A stretch of 64,000 nucleotides of DNA from an uncultured delta proteobacterium (GTDB lineage: Bacteria > Desulfobacterota > Desulfobacteria > Desulfobacterales > Desulfosalsimonadaceae): NCBI GenBank assembly GCA_963826785.1, contig CAWGYD010000003.1, positions 256,001 to 320,000 of the forward strand, written 5' to 3'. The notes beneath the pieces are model-generated. The model was not told the origin of the DNA, made no database searches, and saw nothing but the letters and a program-made list of their open reading frames with translations. The stretch's first letter is position 1; every line of letters begins with the position of its first letter. Positions 32,947 through 44,123 of the stretch are shown piece by piece. The translations under genes were made by a program, and so were the position numbers.

Positions 32947-33727
32947 GTCTGCGCACTCCTTTCGTCCGCTCGAGGCTCTTTTGAAGCATATCGGCCAGGG
33001 ACGCGGCCGCAGGCTTCGGCGCCTCGGGCTTCCGGAAAGGGATGGTCCTGCCGCCGGCCTTGGCCCGGATCATCGCCATGACCTGCTCCCGGTATTCGCT
33101 GCGATATGCCGCCGGCTCGAATTCACCCTCCAGGGCGCCCACCAGCTGCTCTGCCATTTTCAGTTCCTGCGGGGAAAGGTCCCGGGTCTCTGGCCGGGGG
33201 ATGACCGAGGCATCCACGACCTCTTCGGCATGGCGCAGGGTAATCATCCGGAGAAATCCGTTCTGTGCCCCCAACGCGCCGATATAGCGCTTTTTTCGCA
33301 TGGTCCACCGGCAAACCCCCTCTTTATTTTCCTGCGCCAATGCCCGGGCCAGCGCAAAATAGAGATCCGTTTGCCCGTCCGGCCCCATGTAGTAGGGCCG
33401 GTCATACCACTGGTGATTGATCACGGCGGGTTGGACAAACCGGGTAATTTCGATATCCCGGGAAGCTTCGGGTGAAAGCGACTCGAGTTCCGCATCCGAC
33501 AGCATGATGATCTGTCCATCCCCGGTCTCCGCCCCCCGGCGAACCTGATCCGCCGGGACCGGTTTTCCGGTTTCGGAATGAACCATCTTCTGCTCCACCG
33601 GCGTCAGGTCCGTTTCGTGAAGCAGACGGAAATGGATGTTTTTATCCAATATTGCCGAATAGAACTTCACCGGAACCGACATACCGCCGATGCGGATATT
33701 GCCTTTCCATATGGCCCGGGCCGTCAT
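32939..33727 (-). CDS. ku: Second Ku protein
   Basis: ARAIWKG.I..G.MSVPVKFYSA, WYDRPYYMGP, EFEPAAYRSEYRE, LADMLQKSL. Confidence 0.9.
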   Translation of the reverse strand: MTARAIWKGNIRIGGMSVPVKFYSAILDKNIHFRLLHETDLTPVEQKMVHSETGKPVPADQVRRGAETGDGQIIMLSDAELESLSPEASRDIEITRFVQPAVINHQWYDRPYYMGPDGQTDLYFALARALAQENKEGVCRWTMRKKRYIGALGAQNGFLRMITLRHAEEVVDASVIPRPETRDLSPQELKMAEQLVGALEGEFEPAAYRSEYREQVMAMIRAKAGGRTIPFRKPEAPKPAAASLADMLQKSLERTKGVRRHA

Positions 33728-33850
33728 GACCGGATCCCCTTTTGACATGTTTTCAAGACAATTCACCCATCCCCAAGTGACGGTTTTGATGCCATATATA
33801 AAAATAAAACCGGCATGCGGATTGGCAAATCGAAGATCGAGCGGGCAGCG

Positions 33851-33893
33851 GGCAAAAAAACGGCCGGGCTTTCCTGCCCGGCCGTTTTCTGCC
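33851..33893 (-). terminator. Intrinsic terminator
   Basis: AAAACGGCCGGGC...GCCCGGCCGTTTT hairpin, with a T-tract on the minus strand. Confidence 0.7.
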
Positions 33894-33962
33894 CGCCTCA
33901 GTTCTTCTTTCAGACACACGAATTGAGGCGTTAGTCTTTTTTAAGCGATCAAACCCGGGAAT

Positions 33963-35481
33963 CTATATTCCCGAACCCGAATCCGAACTCTGACCCTGAC
34001 TGCCGGTATGATCCGGCGAATTCATCTGATCCTTCTGACTCTGACCGGACGGCTGATCCTGCTGCGTGTCCATGCCCGGCTGGGTCGACTGCTGCTGATT
34101 TTTCTGATTCTGCCGGGTGTCCATCCCCTGCTGACCCTGCTGGTCTGGCTGGGTGCCGTAATAGCCCCGGGTCTGGTCCTGGCTGCCGGTCTGGTCCTGC
34201 GGGTTCAATTGATCCTGGGTGTTCTGCGGGTTCTGCTCACTGGGCTGGGTCTCCATTCCCTGCTGGCCCTGATTCTGCTGGGTGTCCGTGCCCTGCTGGC
34301 CCGGCTGGGTGCCGTAATATCCGCGGTTCTGCTCCTGGGTCTGGTGTTCCCTGCTGACCCTGCTGCCCCTGGCTGATCATGTCCACATTGAGGCCGCCCA
34401 CCAGTTTATCGATGCTGCTGATGTTCAGGTTTCCAGTGGGCTCGAGGCCGTTGGCCTGCTGATAATTCATCAGCGCCTTGCTGGTGCGGGCGTCCCAGTT
34501 TCCCTGCACGTTCCCGCTTTCATAGCCGGCCTGGTTCAGGGCCTGCTGGATCTGACGAACGGTCGCCGGGCTGATGTACAGCGGTGCACCGCTGCCGGAT
34601 GCCTGCTCCTGCGTCCATTTCTGGCTGGCGGCGCCGCTCTGGGCCCCCTGCTGCTGGCCGCCGTAATATCCACGACCCTGCTGCGCCTGCTGATTTTGTG
34701 CGCCCTGCTGCGCCATCTGGCTTCCGGCCTGCTGACCCTGTCCGGTCAACCCGGCGATCAACTGGTTGAGCCCCAGGGAACTGACCAGCCGCAGATCGAC
34801 ATTTCCGGTGGGCTCAAGCCCCTGAGCCTGCTCATAATTCTTGATGGCCTTCCGGGTGCCCTGCCCCCATACGCCATCGATCTGCCCCGGGCTGTATCCT
34901 TTCTGATTCAGCTGCTGCTGAATCTGCCGCAAATTGGCGGGGCTGATATACAGGGGGGCACCTCCCCCTTTAACCGTTGTTTCCTGGGCCAGCCGCTGAC
35001 CGCTCTGCTGCTGCTGCCCGCCGCCGGAAAGCACCTGGGGCACACCCAGGCGCTCAATGGTCGTCAGGTTCAGTTTCCCGGTGGGCTCCAGATTGTTTGC
35101 TTTCTGAAAAGCCACAAGGGCCTGCTGGGTATTCTTGCCCCAGATCCCGTCGACGCTGCCCGCGCTGTATCCCGCGGAACTGAGTTTCTGCTGCACCACC
35201 CGAAGCGCCGCCGGGCCGATATAGAGCTGTGCACCCGGCCCTACCGCCTGCTCCTGGGTAATCCGCTGTGAAGCGATCTGGGACTGGGACTGCTGTGAAG
35301 CGCTCTTAGCCTGGCTTTGCTGGTTTGCGCTCTTAGCCTGACTCTGCTGGCCCATATCCTGAGACTGACCCTGGGGCTGCGCCTGCTGCACTGCGCTGAC
35401 TTGAAACACCCCCACACCCAGAACCATCAGCAGAGCGCATGTGATCCCGATGATGCTTCTAAAAGATATCTTATTCATCAT
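33963..35481 (-). CDS. Secreted Gln-rich protein A with 3 peptidoglycan-binding domains (one frameshift at ~34345)
   Basis: Signal peptide; three repeats of the type QQxL...GY..G.vDG.WG..T..A...Q...GLEPTG. The shifted tail QNRGYYGTQPG joins ORF 33963-34256. Confidence 0.85.
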
Positions 35482-35694
35482 TTCCTCCTGTCTGAATTCT
35501 TGGTTGATCAACTTGTTCCGGAATTTCCCAGTCGAGGTCTTCATACCTGGAAAAAACGGGCTACACGCTAAGACTAGCGGAGAACGGCTCTTTTCGACAA
35601 TACTGTCCATCCTTTACGGGCCACGAAAAAACAACCTGAATGCGCCGGGACAAAACCCTTCCGCAAGAAAAAAAATGATGTGTTCAGACCGGAT

Positions 35695-36366
35695 TCATCG
35701 GCCCAATTCATTGCCCGTCTGCATTCCGGACGGGTTCGGCTGCGTCAGTCCCTGGTTGTTCTGCTGGCCATAAGAATTCTGCTGACCATAACCCGGCTGG
35801 CCCGGTTGATTCGAATTCAATGAGTTCGGTGAACCATAGTATCCCCGGCCTTGATTCTGCCCGCCATAGACCCCCTGGTTTCCATTCGGGCTTTGCTGAT
35901 TGTAGAGTCCCTGCTGACCGTAGTCCTGCCCATATGGCCCCTGCTGCTCATATCCGGGTTGACCGGGCTGACCGTAATTGCGCTGGCCATATTCCTGCTG
36001 GCCATATATTCCCTGCTGGCTGTAGGGGCTCTGGCCGTATTCCTGTCCATACTGCCCCGACTGATTTCCATATCCCTGATTCAGGCCCTGCTGCCCGTTC
36101 ATGCCCGGCTGGCCCAACTGGGTCTGTCCGCCATAATCCTGGCCGTATGGGCTCTGCTGGCCGTAAAGCCCCTGTTGCCCGGATGGGCCGTACTGATTTT
36201 GACCCCCATAAGAGGGGGTCTGCATCCCATATCCCTGTCCATACTGGCTCTGGGTATTTCCGGAATAGGCCTGCTGGGCGCTGCTGCTTTTGCCCTGTAC
36301 CGCAATCATCAGAATGACAGCGCAAATCACTGCGCCGAATCGAAGTGCATATCTATTGTTTTTCAT
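35695..36366 (-). CDS. Secreted Q/G/Y/S/P-rich low-complexity protein B
   Basis: SD gagg; signal peptide; many YGQ repeats and one RGYYG. Confidence 0.75.
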   Translation of the reverse strand: MKNNRYALRFGAVICAVILMIAVQGKSSSAQQAYSGNTQSQYGQGYGMQTPSYGGQNQYGPSGQQGLYGQQSPYGQDYGGQTQLGQPGMNGQQGLNQGYGNQSGQYGQEYGQSPYSQQGIYGQQEYGQRNYGQPGQPGYEQQGPYGQDYGQQGLYNQQSPNGNQGVYGGQNQGRGYYGSPNSLNSNQPGQPGYGQQNSYGQQNNQGLTQPNPSGMQTGNELGR

Positions 36367-36863
36367 GATGGTGTCCTCTCGTTTTTAAGGTTTTATCGAT
36401 TCCAATCCATTTTATCTCTCTACGTGCCAGGCCCTCATATATGGACCGGCGGATTCTTTCCGGCCCATTGCGCAAAGTCTAAGTTCAGCGGGAGGCATGA
36501 CAATACATCAAATCCCGTAGATCCGATTGCACGCCTTTTGATATCGGTGAACGGGTCAGAAGGCGAAACGCCTTTTTTCCGTTTTGCCAACAGACTTATC
36601 CGCTTGGCTTTACGCGCAATCAGTTGCCATCGGGTTTCAAACGACAGATACGCCTCCCGCAGGCCCGGCAAGAAGAAAATACCGACTGCTCTGCTCCCAA
36701 ATACTTTACCGACCGTATTTATCCCTTGATGCCTTTCCCCTATTTTTTAGTAGCTGTCAGCGCTTTGCTTCAGCCGGAGACTGAAAAAAAAGCGGTTATA
36801 AACATGAAGCTGCCGGGCAAAACCAAAAAAAATGCCCGGAGTGGAAGGAACTTCAAGGCGGAA

Positions 36864-38599
36864 ATGAGAATCGAAATCGCAAAACATGCGGGTTTTTGCA
36901 TGGGCGTCAGACGGGCCGTGGAAATGGTCTTCGATGCCGCCGCTAAAGATCCGTTCACGCCGATTTATACATTCGGACCCCTGGTCCACAATCCCCAGGT
37001 TCTGGACCTGCTGGGCCAGAAGGGGATCGGTGTGCTCGACCAGGTCCCTGACTACGGGCGTGGAACGGTGCTGATACGGGCACACGGTGTCCGGCCCCAC
37101 ATAGAGAACAATCTGAAGGATGCGGGTTTTGACGTGATGGATGCCACCTGTCCGAAAGTTCTTAAAATCCAGCAGATTATCAGAACATATACCCGCAGGG
37201 GGTTTGCGGCTGTCATCGTGGGGGATGAACACCACCCGGAGGTGGTGGGGTTGCTGGGGTATGCCAACGGACAGGGGCACGTGGTCGGCAACGTCGATGA
37301 ATTCAAAGGGCTGCCGGAATTTGAAAATGCGGTGGTGGTCGCCCAGAGCACCCAGAACACGGCGCTTTTTGAACAGGTCCGGACGTGGACGGCGCAGAAC
37401 CACCCGCACTATAAAATATTTAACACCATATGCGACTCCACGGAGCGGCGGCAGGCGGAGCTCAAGCGCCTGGCCGGAGAAGTGGACGCGGTCATCGTGG
37501 TGGGAGGAAAAAACAGCGGGAATACCCGGCGGCTGGTGGAAATCGTCGAAGAGAGCGGAAAACCGGTATGCCATATCGAAGCGGAAACCGATCTGGGCTC
37601 CGCGGACCTGGACGTGCTGCGGTCTGCGAAAAACGTGGGGATTACCGCCGGCGCATCGACTCCCAACTGGGTGATCAAAAAGGTGTACCGTGCGCTCGAA
37701 GAGCTTCCCGATAAACCCAAGCCCAACCTGAAGCGCCTGCTGTTCAGGGCCCAGCGCATGCTCCTGCTCACCAACCTGTATGTTTCCATGGGCGCCGGAT
37801 GCCTCGCTTATGCGGCCACCAAACTGGCCGGGATGCAGGACAACCTCCTCTTTTTTTTCTGTCCATGTTCTACGTTCAATCCATGCACATCATCAATCAT
37901 CTGACCGGGCAGACCGCCCAGCAATACAATGATCCCGACCGGGCGGAATTCTATCTGGACCACCGTTACATTCTCGCCTCCATGGCCGCGATTTCCATGC
38001 TGGCGGGGATGGCGGTCGCCCTGGCCATCGGCAGATGGACATTCGGCATTTTTCTTCTCATGTCGCTGGTGGGCATCAGCTACAACTTCAAACTCGTTCC
38101 CATAGGGTTCAGGAAATCGAAATACCAGCGCATCCGGGATATTCCCGCCTCCAAAGTCTTTCTGGTAGCCATCGCCTGGGCCGTGCTGGCGGTCATCGTG
38201 CCGCCGATGTCCACGGAAAAGCACCTGGGATGGATGCACCTGATCCTCTTCTTGTGGGTGGGGGGGCTGGTATTCGCCCGGACGGCGTTTTTCGACATTC
38301 TCGACATGCAGGGTGACCGCATCGTCGGGAAGGAAACCATTGCATTGCTGCTGGGGGAAAAACGGCTGCTTCGCCTCCTGGAAACCCTGCTGGCAGGACT
38401 CATCGCCATGCTCGCGGCTGCGGCAGCCCTGCACCTGGTGCTGCCGGTGGGGTTCGGGATCATGCTGGGCCCGCTCTTTTTCCTCCTGCTGATGCAGGCA
38501 TACAAGAATGGCAATGTACTTCCGGGTGTCCGTCTGGAGTTTCTGGCAGATACCCATTTTATCGTGGCCGGGCTGATCGCATTTTTATGGCCATACTGA
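36864..38599 (+). CDS. ispH: IspH fused to a C-terminal UbiA-like membrane domain (frameshift at the T-run ~37851-37858)
   Basis: AGFCMGVRRA, DATCPKV, HPEV, TICDST, SGNT and TAGAST, then TM segments with NHLT, IRDIPASK and FDILDMQGDRIVGKETI. Confidence 0.88.
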
Positions 38600-38682
38600 A
38601 GGTGCACAATGATGATCCTGACCGCAACAGAACCAAGGCCTGAATCCGGGTCGCAAAGCACACCACTTCCCAGGAGAATTTT

Positions 38683-39756
38683 ATGGAATCACCCCAAGAC
38701 AGAGCAGAACGTCTGAACTGGGAAAACGATATTCTGCAGAAAGTGTCCCGTTCCTTTGCGCTGACCATCCCGCAGCTTCCGGCCGGTCTGCGTGAAAGGG
38801 TGGCAAACGCCTACTTGATGTGCCGGATCATCGATACCATCGAAGATGAAAAAGGCCTTTCGCTCTCGGAAAAACGTGATTTTTTCGACCGGTTCATGGA
38901 GGTGATCGAAGGCAGGACCGCTGCCGGTGATTTTGTCGGGCATCTGCATCCCAGGCTGAACGGAAACACCCTGCCGGCGGAGAAGGAGCTGGTCTTCCGG
39001 ACCGGCGAGGTTCTGGACACATTTTTCGAATTCAGCCCGGCCCAGCAATCGATCATCAAAAGATGCCTCCGGATCATGGCGTCCGGGATGCTCCGCTTCC
39101 AGGAGATCCAAAGCCCCGACGGACTGAAGGATCTGACGCACCTCAATGGATACTGCTACCATGTGGCCGGGGTGGTGGGGGAGATGCTTACCGAACTTTT
39201 CTGTGATTATTCGGAAGAGATCGCCCAATACCGAAAACAGATGCTCGCCCGGGCGGCCTCCTTCGGCCAGGGCCTCCAAATGACCAATATCCTGAAAGAT
39301 CTCTGGGAAGACCGGGAGCGCGGCGCCTGCTGGCTGCCGAAGGATATTTTCAGAAAATCGGGATTCGATCTGGCCCGGCTGGATAAAGATCATTACACGG
39401 CGGAATTCGGCAGCGGCCTGGAAGAACTGATCGGAATCGCCCACCAGCACTTAAAGACCGCGCTTTCCTATACGATGTTCATTCCATCATCGGAAAAAGG
39501 CATCCGCAAGTTCTGCCTGTGGGCCATCGGCATGGCCATTCTGACGCTTCGCAATATCAACGATTGCAGAAGGTTTACCTGCGGAGAAGACGTCAAGATT
39601 TCACGTTCCGATGTCAAAGCCATTGTGGCCATCTGCAACATGACGCTCTGGAATGACTGGCTCCTGTGGGGATCCTACCGGATCGCCGCCAGGAAACTGC
39701 CCCTGAATCCGGATGAGCAGAACTTGAAAGGAGAACGAATTTGGGTATCCCCCTGA
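38683..39756 (+). CDS. Squalene/phytoene synthase family, probably a single-enzyme squalene synthase
   Basis: VSRSFAL, RIIDTIED, YCYHVAGVVGEML, GLQMTNILKD..ED. Confidence 0.85.
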   Translation: MESPQDRAERLNWENDILQKVSRSFALTIPQLPAGLRERVANAYLMCRIIDTIEDEKGLSLSEKRDFFDRFMEVIEGRTAAGDFVGHLHPRLNGNTLPAEKELVFRTGEVLDTFFEFSPAQQSIIKRCLRIMASGMLRFQEIQSPDGLKDLTHLNGYCYHVAGVVGEMLTELFCDYSEEIAQYRKQMLARAASFGQGLQMTNILKDLWEDRERGACWLPKDIFRKSGFDLARLDKDHYTAEFGSGLEELIGIAHQHLKTALSYTMFIPSSEKGIRKFCLWAIGMAILTLRNINDCRRFTCGEDVKISRSDVKAIVAICNMTLWNDWLLWGSYRIAARKLPLNPDEQNLKGERIWVSP

Positions 39757-40757
39757 GGCAGAAAGCCTATGTCAGTGCGATGATCATTCGACAGCTGCTG
39801 GCCGGCCATCGGAAATTTCCCCTGGTGCTGATGCTGGAGCCGCTGTTCCGCTGCAACCTGCGCTGCCGGGGCTGCGGCAAAATCAAGCGCGCCGGCGACA
39901 CAGTCGACCTGGATGTCGATGCCTGCCTGGCCGCAGCTGAGGAATGCGGGGCGCCGATTGTTTCCATCGCCGGGGGCGAGCCCCTGCTGCACCCGGATAT
40001 GCCCGCCATCGTCGATGGCCTGATCAAAAACCGGCGATTCGTCTATTTGTGCACCAATGCCCTGCTGCTGGAAAAACGGATGGATGAATTTCAGCCGTCC
40101 ACCTATTTTTCCTTCAATGTTCACCTGGACGGTCTCCGGAAGCACCACGATGGACTGGTGGGCCGGCAGGGTACGTTCGATCAGGCCGTATCCGCCATCA
40201 GGATGCTGACCCGAAAAGGCTTCCGGGTAACCACCAACACCACGCTCTTTCTGGATGTGTCCCCGGAAGAAACGGTCCGGTTCTTTGATTTCCTCACCGA
40301 ACTGGGGGTGGAGGGGATGACGGTGGCGCCGGGATTTAATTTTGAAACCGCCCTCGATCCCGATCATTTCCTGACCGACCGGGCCGAAACCCGGAAACGG
40401 TTTTCCGATATCTTCGCCATCGGGAAAAACCGGGGATGGAAATTCAACCACAGCAGCCTCTACCTCGATTTTCTGGCCGGCGGCCGGGAGTACCAGTGCA
40501 CCCCCTGGGGAAATCCCACCTACAACCACTTCGGATGGCAGCGGCCCTGCTACCTGCTGGATGACGGATATGCGACCAGCTTCGCGGACCTGATGGAGAA
40601 CACCGACTGGGAGGCCTACGGCGTGGGCCGGAACCCCAAATGCGGCGCCTGCATGGTCCACAGCGGTTTTGAAGCCAGTGCCGTGATGGACATGCTGCAA
40701 AATCCGCTCCAGTCACTGCGATTCCAAATGTCGAAACATGCTGAGGCGGGCCTGTGA
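39741..40757 (+). CDS. hpnH: Adenosyl-hopene transferase (radical SAM)
   Basis: FPLVLMLEPLFRCNLRCRGCGKI, CTPWGNPT.N.FGWQRPCYL, YGVGRNPKC..CMVHSGFE. Confidence 0.95.
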   Translation: MGIPLRQKAYVSAMIIRQLLAGHRKFPLVLMLEPLFRCNLRCRGCGKIKRAGDTVDLDVDACLAAAEECGAPIVSIAGGEPLLHPDMPAIVDGLIKNRRFVYLCTNALLLEKRMDEFQPSTYFSFNVHLDGLRKHHDGLVGRQGTFDQAVSAIRMLTRKGFRVTTNTTLFLDVSPEETVRFFDFLTELGVEGMTVAPGFNFETALDPDHFLTDRAETRKRFSDIFAIGKNRGWKFNHSSLYLDFLAGGREYQCTPWGNPTYNHFGWQRPCYLLDDGYATSFADLMENTDWEAYGVGRNPKCGACMVHSGFEASAVMDMLQNPLQSLRFQMSKHAEAGL

Positions 40758-40768
40758 CCGACCGCCGT

Positions 40769-41572
40769 TCATTGACCGTTAACGTTCGAACGCGCCTGCG
40801 ACGAACGGATCAGGTATGCGGGAAAGCCGCTGCGCGCCAGTGTCCTCCAGGCGTCCTGCAGGATTTGCAGGGACAGATGGTACTGGCGTCCCATGCGGAC
40901 CAGGTGAATCATAAGGGCCGGTTTGCGCGAAATGGCCCTGATCAATGCAGGATACCGAATGCGGCCGTTCGGGAGAAGGCATGCAAACACATCGGGCGGT
41001 ATGGATTGCGCGGCCGGGTCGCAGACAACGCGCAGCGCAAAGACGGGGATGTTCGCCTCGGCCGCGGCCTTGGCCACGGCCGCACTTTCCATGTCCACCG
41101 CCAGGGCGGCAGACTGCCGATGCAGGGCGGACTTGGAGGCGGCCGAAAGGGCGGGGCCTTGCGCGGTGATTACCGCACCGTTCCGGACGGAAAATCTGGC
41201 CGCAGAAAGCGTTTTTACCGCACGGGCGGATCCCTTTGCATGGGGATGGCAGATTTCCTGAAAAACGCCGCCATCGAGATGCAGGAACCGGTCGGCCGCG
41301 ACCAGGCCGCCACTTGAGATGCCCGGATCCAGGCCTCCGGAAACACCGATGCTGACCAGGGCGCCTGCCCCCTGTCCGATGAGCCGGCGGGCAGCGCAAA
41401 GGGCGTTGTCTAAGCCCATGCCGGAAATCATCGCCAGCAGGGGCGTCTGATCGTCGGCCATCGAGCGCTGGATGATAAATCCATGGTCATGGCGCCACCC
41501 CTTCCGGCCGAGCAGCCGGCGGCCTTCGGAAGAAAGGGCGGCCACCATGCCCAGAATCGGTTTTACGGGCAT
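40769..41572 (-). CDS. hpnG: Hopanoid-associated nucleoside phosphorylase
   Basis: LVSIGVSGGLDP, AVDMESAAVA, LRVVCDPA; hopanoid gene context. Confidence 0.75.
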   Translation of the reverse strand: MPVKPILGMVAALSSEGRRLLGRKGWRHDHGFIIQRSMADDQTPLLAMISGMGLDNALCAARRLIGQGAGALVSIGVSGGLDPGISSGGLVAADRFLHLDGGVFQEICHPHAKGSARAVKTLSAARFSVRNGAVITAQGPALSAASKSALHRQSAALAVDMESAAVAKAAAEANIPVFALRVVCDPAAQSIPPDVFACLLPNGRIRYPALIRAISRKPALMIHLVRMGRQYHLSLQILQDAWRTLARSGFPAYLIRSSQARSNVNGQ

Positions 41573-41776
41573 ATCCGGAGTTTTCTCTTCCTGAACGGGG
41601 TATATTGAATGCAAAATTGACGGTTCCGTCGAAAGCAAAATTTTAACGTAAAATGCACAAAGGGCACCAGGAATACTAAATGTAAAATAAGCATCATTTT
41701 AAATTCGTGCGCTTTGTGGCCTTCGTGGTTTTTAAATTTCGAAGACAATTTTAAAAAGCTCCCGATCCCATTGTGC

Positions 41777-41965
41777 GGTGTTTTTACAGGAAGGAACTTT
41801 TGAATCGTAATGGCCAGCGGTCCGACACCCCCCTTTTATTCCCCCCTCAAGGGGGGACTCCATTTTTTATTCCCTCCTCGAGGGGGGACTCCATTTTTTA
41901 TTCCCTCCTCGAGGGGGGACTCCTTTTTTTATTCCCCCCTGCGAGGGGGGACCAAGGGGGGTGTT
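41777..41965 (+). repeat. Composite REP-like element, copy 4
   Basis: Leader plus four ~31-nt internal palindromic units. Confidence 0.85.
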
Positions 41966-42035
41966 GGACCTGCGGATAACAAAAAAAATGAAGTCACTCA
42001 ATCTGTTTGCCAATAGGAAAGGAAACAAAAAAGAT

Positions 42036-44093
42036 ATGGATAATGTTCTTACCCTGAAAAACCCGGCAGAAACCGACCTGCACCAGACCATTGAAAACGC
42101 CCTGCAATGGACCGCGGCAAACCAGGACCCGGCGGGATACTGGGTCGGCATGCTCGAATCCAACGTCTGCATGGAAGCCCAGTGGCTTCTGGCCTTTCAC
42201 ATCCTGGGGATCACGGATGATCCCAAGATCGAAGGGTTGAAGCAGGGCATCCTGGATGAACAGCGGCCGGACGGGTCCTGGGAAATCTTTTACCGTGCGC
42301 CGGAAGGCGACATCAGCGCCACGGTGGAAGCCTACGCAGCCCTGCGGGCCTGGGGCATGGGACCGGACGAAGCGCCCCTGCAGCGGGCTTGCCAATGGAT
42401 CCTTGACCACGGCGGCGTGTCCGGCGTCCGGGTATTCACCCGCTACTGGCTGGCGCTCATCGGGGAATGGCCGTGGGAAAAGACGCCCAACATCCCCCCG
42501 GAAATCATCTTCTTTCCCTCCTGGTTCCCCTTCTGCATCTATAATTTTGCCGCCTGGGCCCGGGCCACCATCATGCCGCTCTCCATCCTCTCCGCCAGGC
42601 GGATGACGCGGCCCCTTCCAGGGGGAAAACGACTGGATGCGCTTTTCCCGCAGGGGCGCGGTGCAGTCAACTACGATCTGCCCGCCCGGGGGGGATCATT
42701 TTCCTGGGAAGGGTTCTTCAAGGCGGCCGACAGATTTCTCCATCGATATCAGCGCACAGGGTTTACCCCCGGCAGAAAAAACGCCATCCGCTCCGGCCTG
42801 GAATGGATCATCCGGCACCAGGATGCCGACGGCGCCTGGGGCGGCATCCAGCCCCCCTGGGTATACAGCCTGATGGCCTTGAATGCCGAGGGCTATCCGG
42901 TCACCCACCCGGTGATGAAAAAAGGGCTTTCCACCTTAGACGACCACTGGTCGTTTACACGAAACGGCGCCCTGCACATCCAGGCCAGCGAATCACCGGT
43001 CTGGGATACCCTGCTCACGCTGATGGCCCTGCAGGACTGCGGAATCGAATATGCCAGATCGGAGAGCATGCAAAAGGCCCTGGAATGGATTCTGGGCCAG
43101 GAGATTCGCACCCCGGGCGACTGGCAGGTCAAGATCAAAGGGGTCGAACCGGGCGGATGGGCCTTCCAGCGGGCCAACAATTTCTATCCGGATGTGGACG
43201 ATACGGCTGTTGCCCTGATCGTTTTGTCGAAGCTCAAGCCCTTTTATTCTGATCCGACCCGCCTGGACGGGGCCATGAACCGGGCCCGGGACTGGCTGAT
43301 GGCCATGCAGTGCCGGAGCGGCGGGTGGGCCGCATTCGATAAAGACAACAACCGCGAAATCATCACCCGAATTCCTTTCTGTGATTTCGGAGAGGTCCTT
43401 GATCCGCCCAGCGTGGACGTCACCGCGCATGTCCTGGAAGCCTTCGGCGAAATGGGCATGGACCGGTCCCACCCTGCCGTGGCCCGGGGGCTCAAATTCA
43501 TCCTCAAAGAGCAGGAATCCGACGGCTCCTGGTTCGGAAGATGGGGCGTAAATTACGTATACGGCACCTCAGCCGTCGTCTGCGGCCTCAAGGCCGTCGG
43601 CCATGACATGCGGGCGCCGGAAATCCGCAGGGCAACGGACTGGATCAAGAACCGGCAGAACCCGGACGGCGGCTGGGGGGAATCGTGCGAGTCCTACATG
43701 GATAACCGCTTGTGCGGAAAAAGCGTGAGCACCGCGTCCCAGACCGCATGGGGACTGATGGCGCTGATCGGGGCCGAGGACGAATTGTACCGGGAGGCCA
43801 TTGAAGCCGGTGCGGCATTTCTGGCCCGGACCCAGCAGGAAGGGACCTGGGACGAGCCCTGGTATACCGGGACCGGGTTTCCGGGCTACGGCGTGGGGGC
43901 GCGCATCGACCTGTCCGCAGCCGACACCAGCATCCAGCTCCAGCAGGGCACGGAACTGAGCCGGGGATTCATGATCAATTACAACCTCTATCGCCACTAC
44001 TTCCCCCTGATGGCCCTGGGCAGGGCTCAAAAGATGCTGGCGGGCGGAGGAAAAAATGAGGCTGGGGCTGAAAAGTTAAAAGCGATAAATTAA
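42036..44093 (+). CDS. shc: Squalene-hopene cyclase (alternative start 41988)
   Basis: YPDVDDTA catalytic motif, SPVWDT, multiple QW repeats, GSWFGRWGVNYVYGT, TGTGFP. Confidence 0.97.
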   Translation: MDNVLTLKNPAETDLHQTIENALQWTAANQDPAGYWVGMLESNVCMEAQWLLAFHILGITDDPKIEGLKQGILDEQRPDGSWEIFYRAPEGDISATVEAYAALRAWGMGPDEAPLQRACQWILDHGGVSGVRVFTRYWLALIGEWPWEKTPNIPPEIIFFPSWFPFCIYNFAAWARATIMPLSILSARRMTRPLPGGKRLDALFPQGRGAVNYDLPARGGSFSWEGFFKAADRFLHRYQRTGFTPGRKNAIRSGLEWIIRHQDADGAWGGIQPPWVYSLMALNAEGYPVTHPVMKKGLSTLDDHWSFTRNGALHIQASESPVWDTLLTLMALQDCGIEYARSESMQKALEWILGQEIRTPGDWQVKIKGVEPGGWAFQRANNFYPDVDDTAVALIVLSKLKPFYSDPTRLDGAMNRARDWLMAMQCRSGGWAAFDKDNNREIITRIPFCDFGEVLDPPSVDVTAHVLEAFGEMGMDRSHPAVARGLKFILKEQESDGSWFGRWGVNYVYGTSAVVCGLKAVGHDMRAPEIRRATDWIKNRQNPDGGWGESCESYMDNRLCGKSVSTASQTAWGLMALIGAEDELYREAIEAGAAFLARTQQEGTWDEPWYTGTGFPGYGVGARIDLSAADTSIQLQQGTELSRGFMINYNLYRHYFPLMALGRAQKMLAGGGKNEAGAEKLKAIN

Positions 44094-44123
44094 TGCGGGC
44101 TGAAGGTGGATGGGCTGAAATCG

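Noticed and set aside
33963..36366. RGYYG repeats as RiPP cores for the nearby radical SAM enzymes
   Set aside because: The proteins are Sec-exported and PG-binding, no RRE or peptidase is visible, and the rSAM genes sit in a hopanoid context. Not excluded, but unsupported.
37851..37858. Phase variation or programmed frameshift in ispH-ubiA
   Set aside because: Indistinguishable from the many homopolymer errors in this assembly.
41646..41735. Loose CACAAAG/CTTTGTG/TTCGTG inverted repeat
   Set aside because: Degenerate single copy in this window; too weak to call as a feature.
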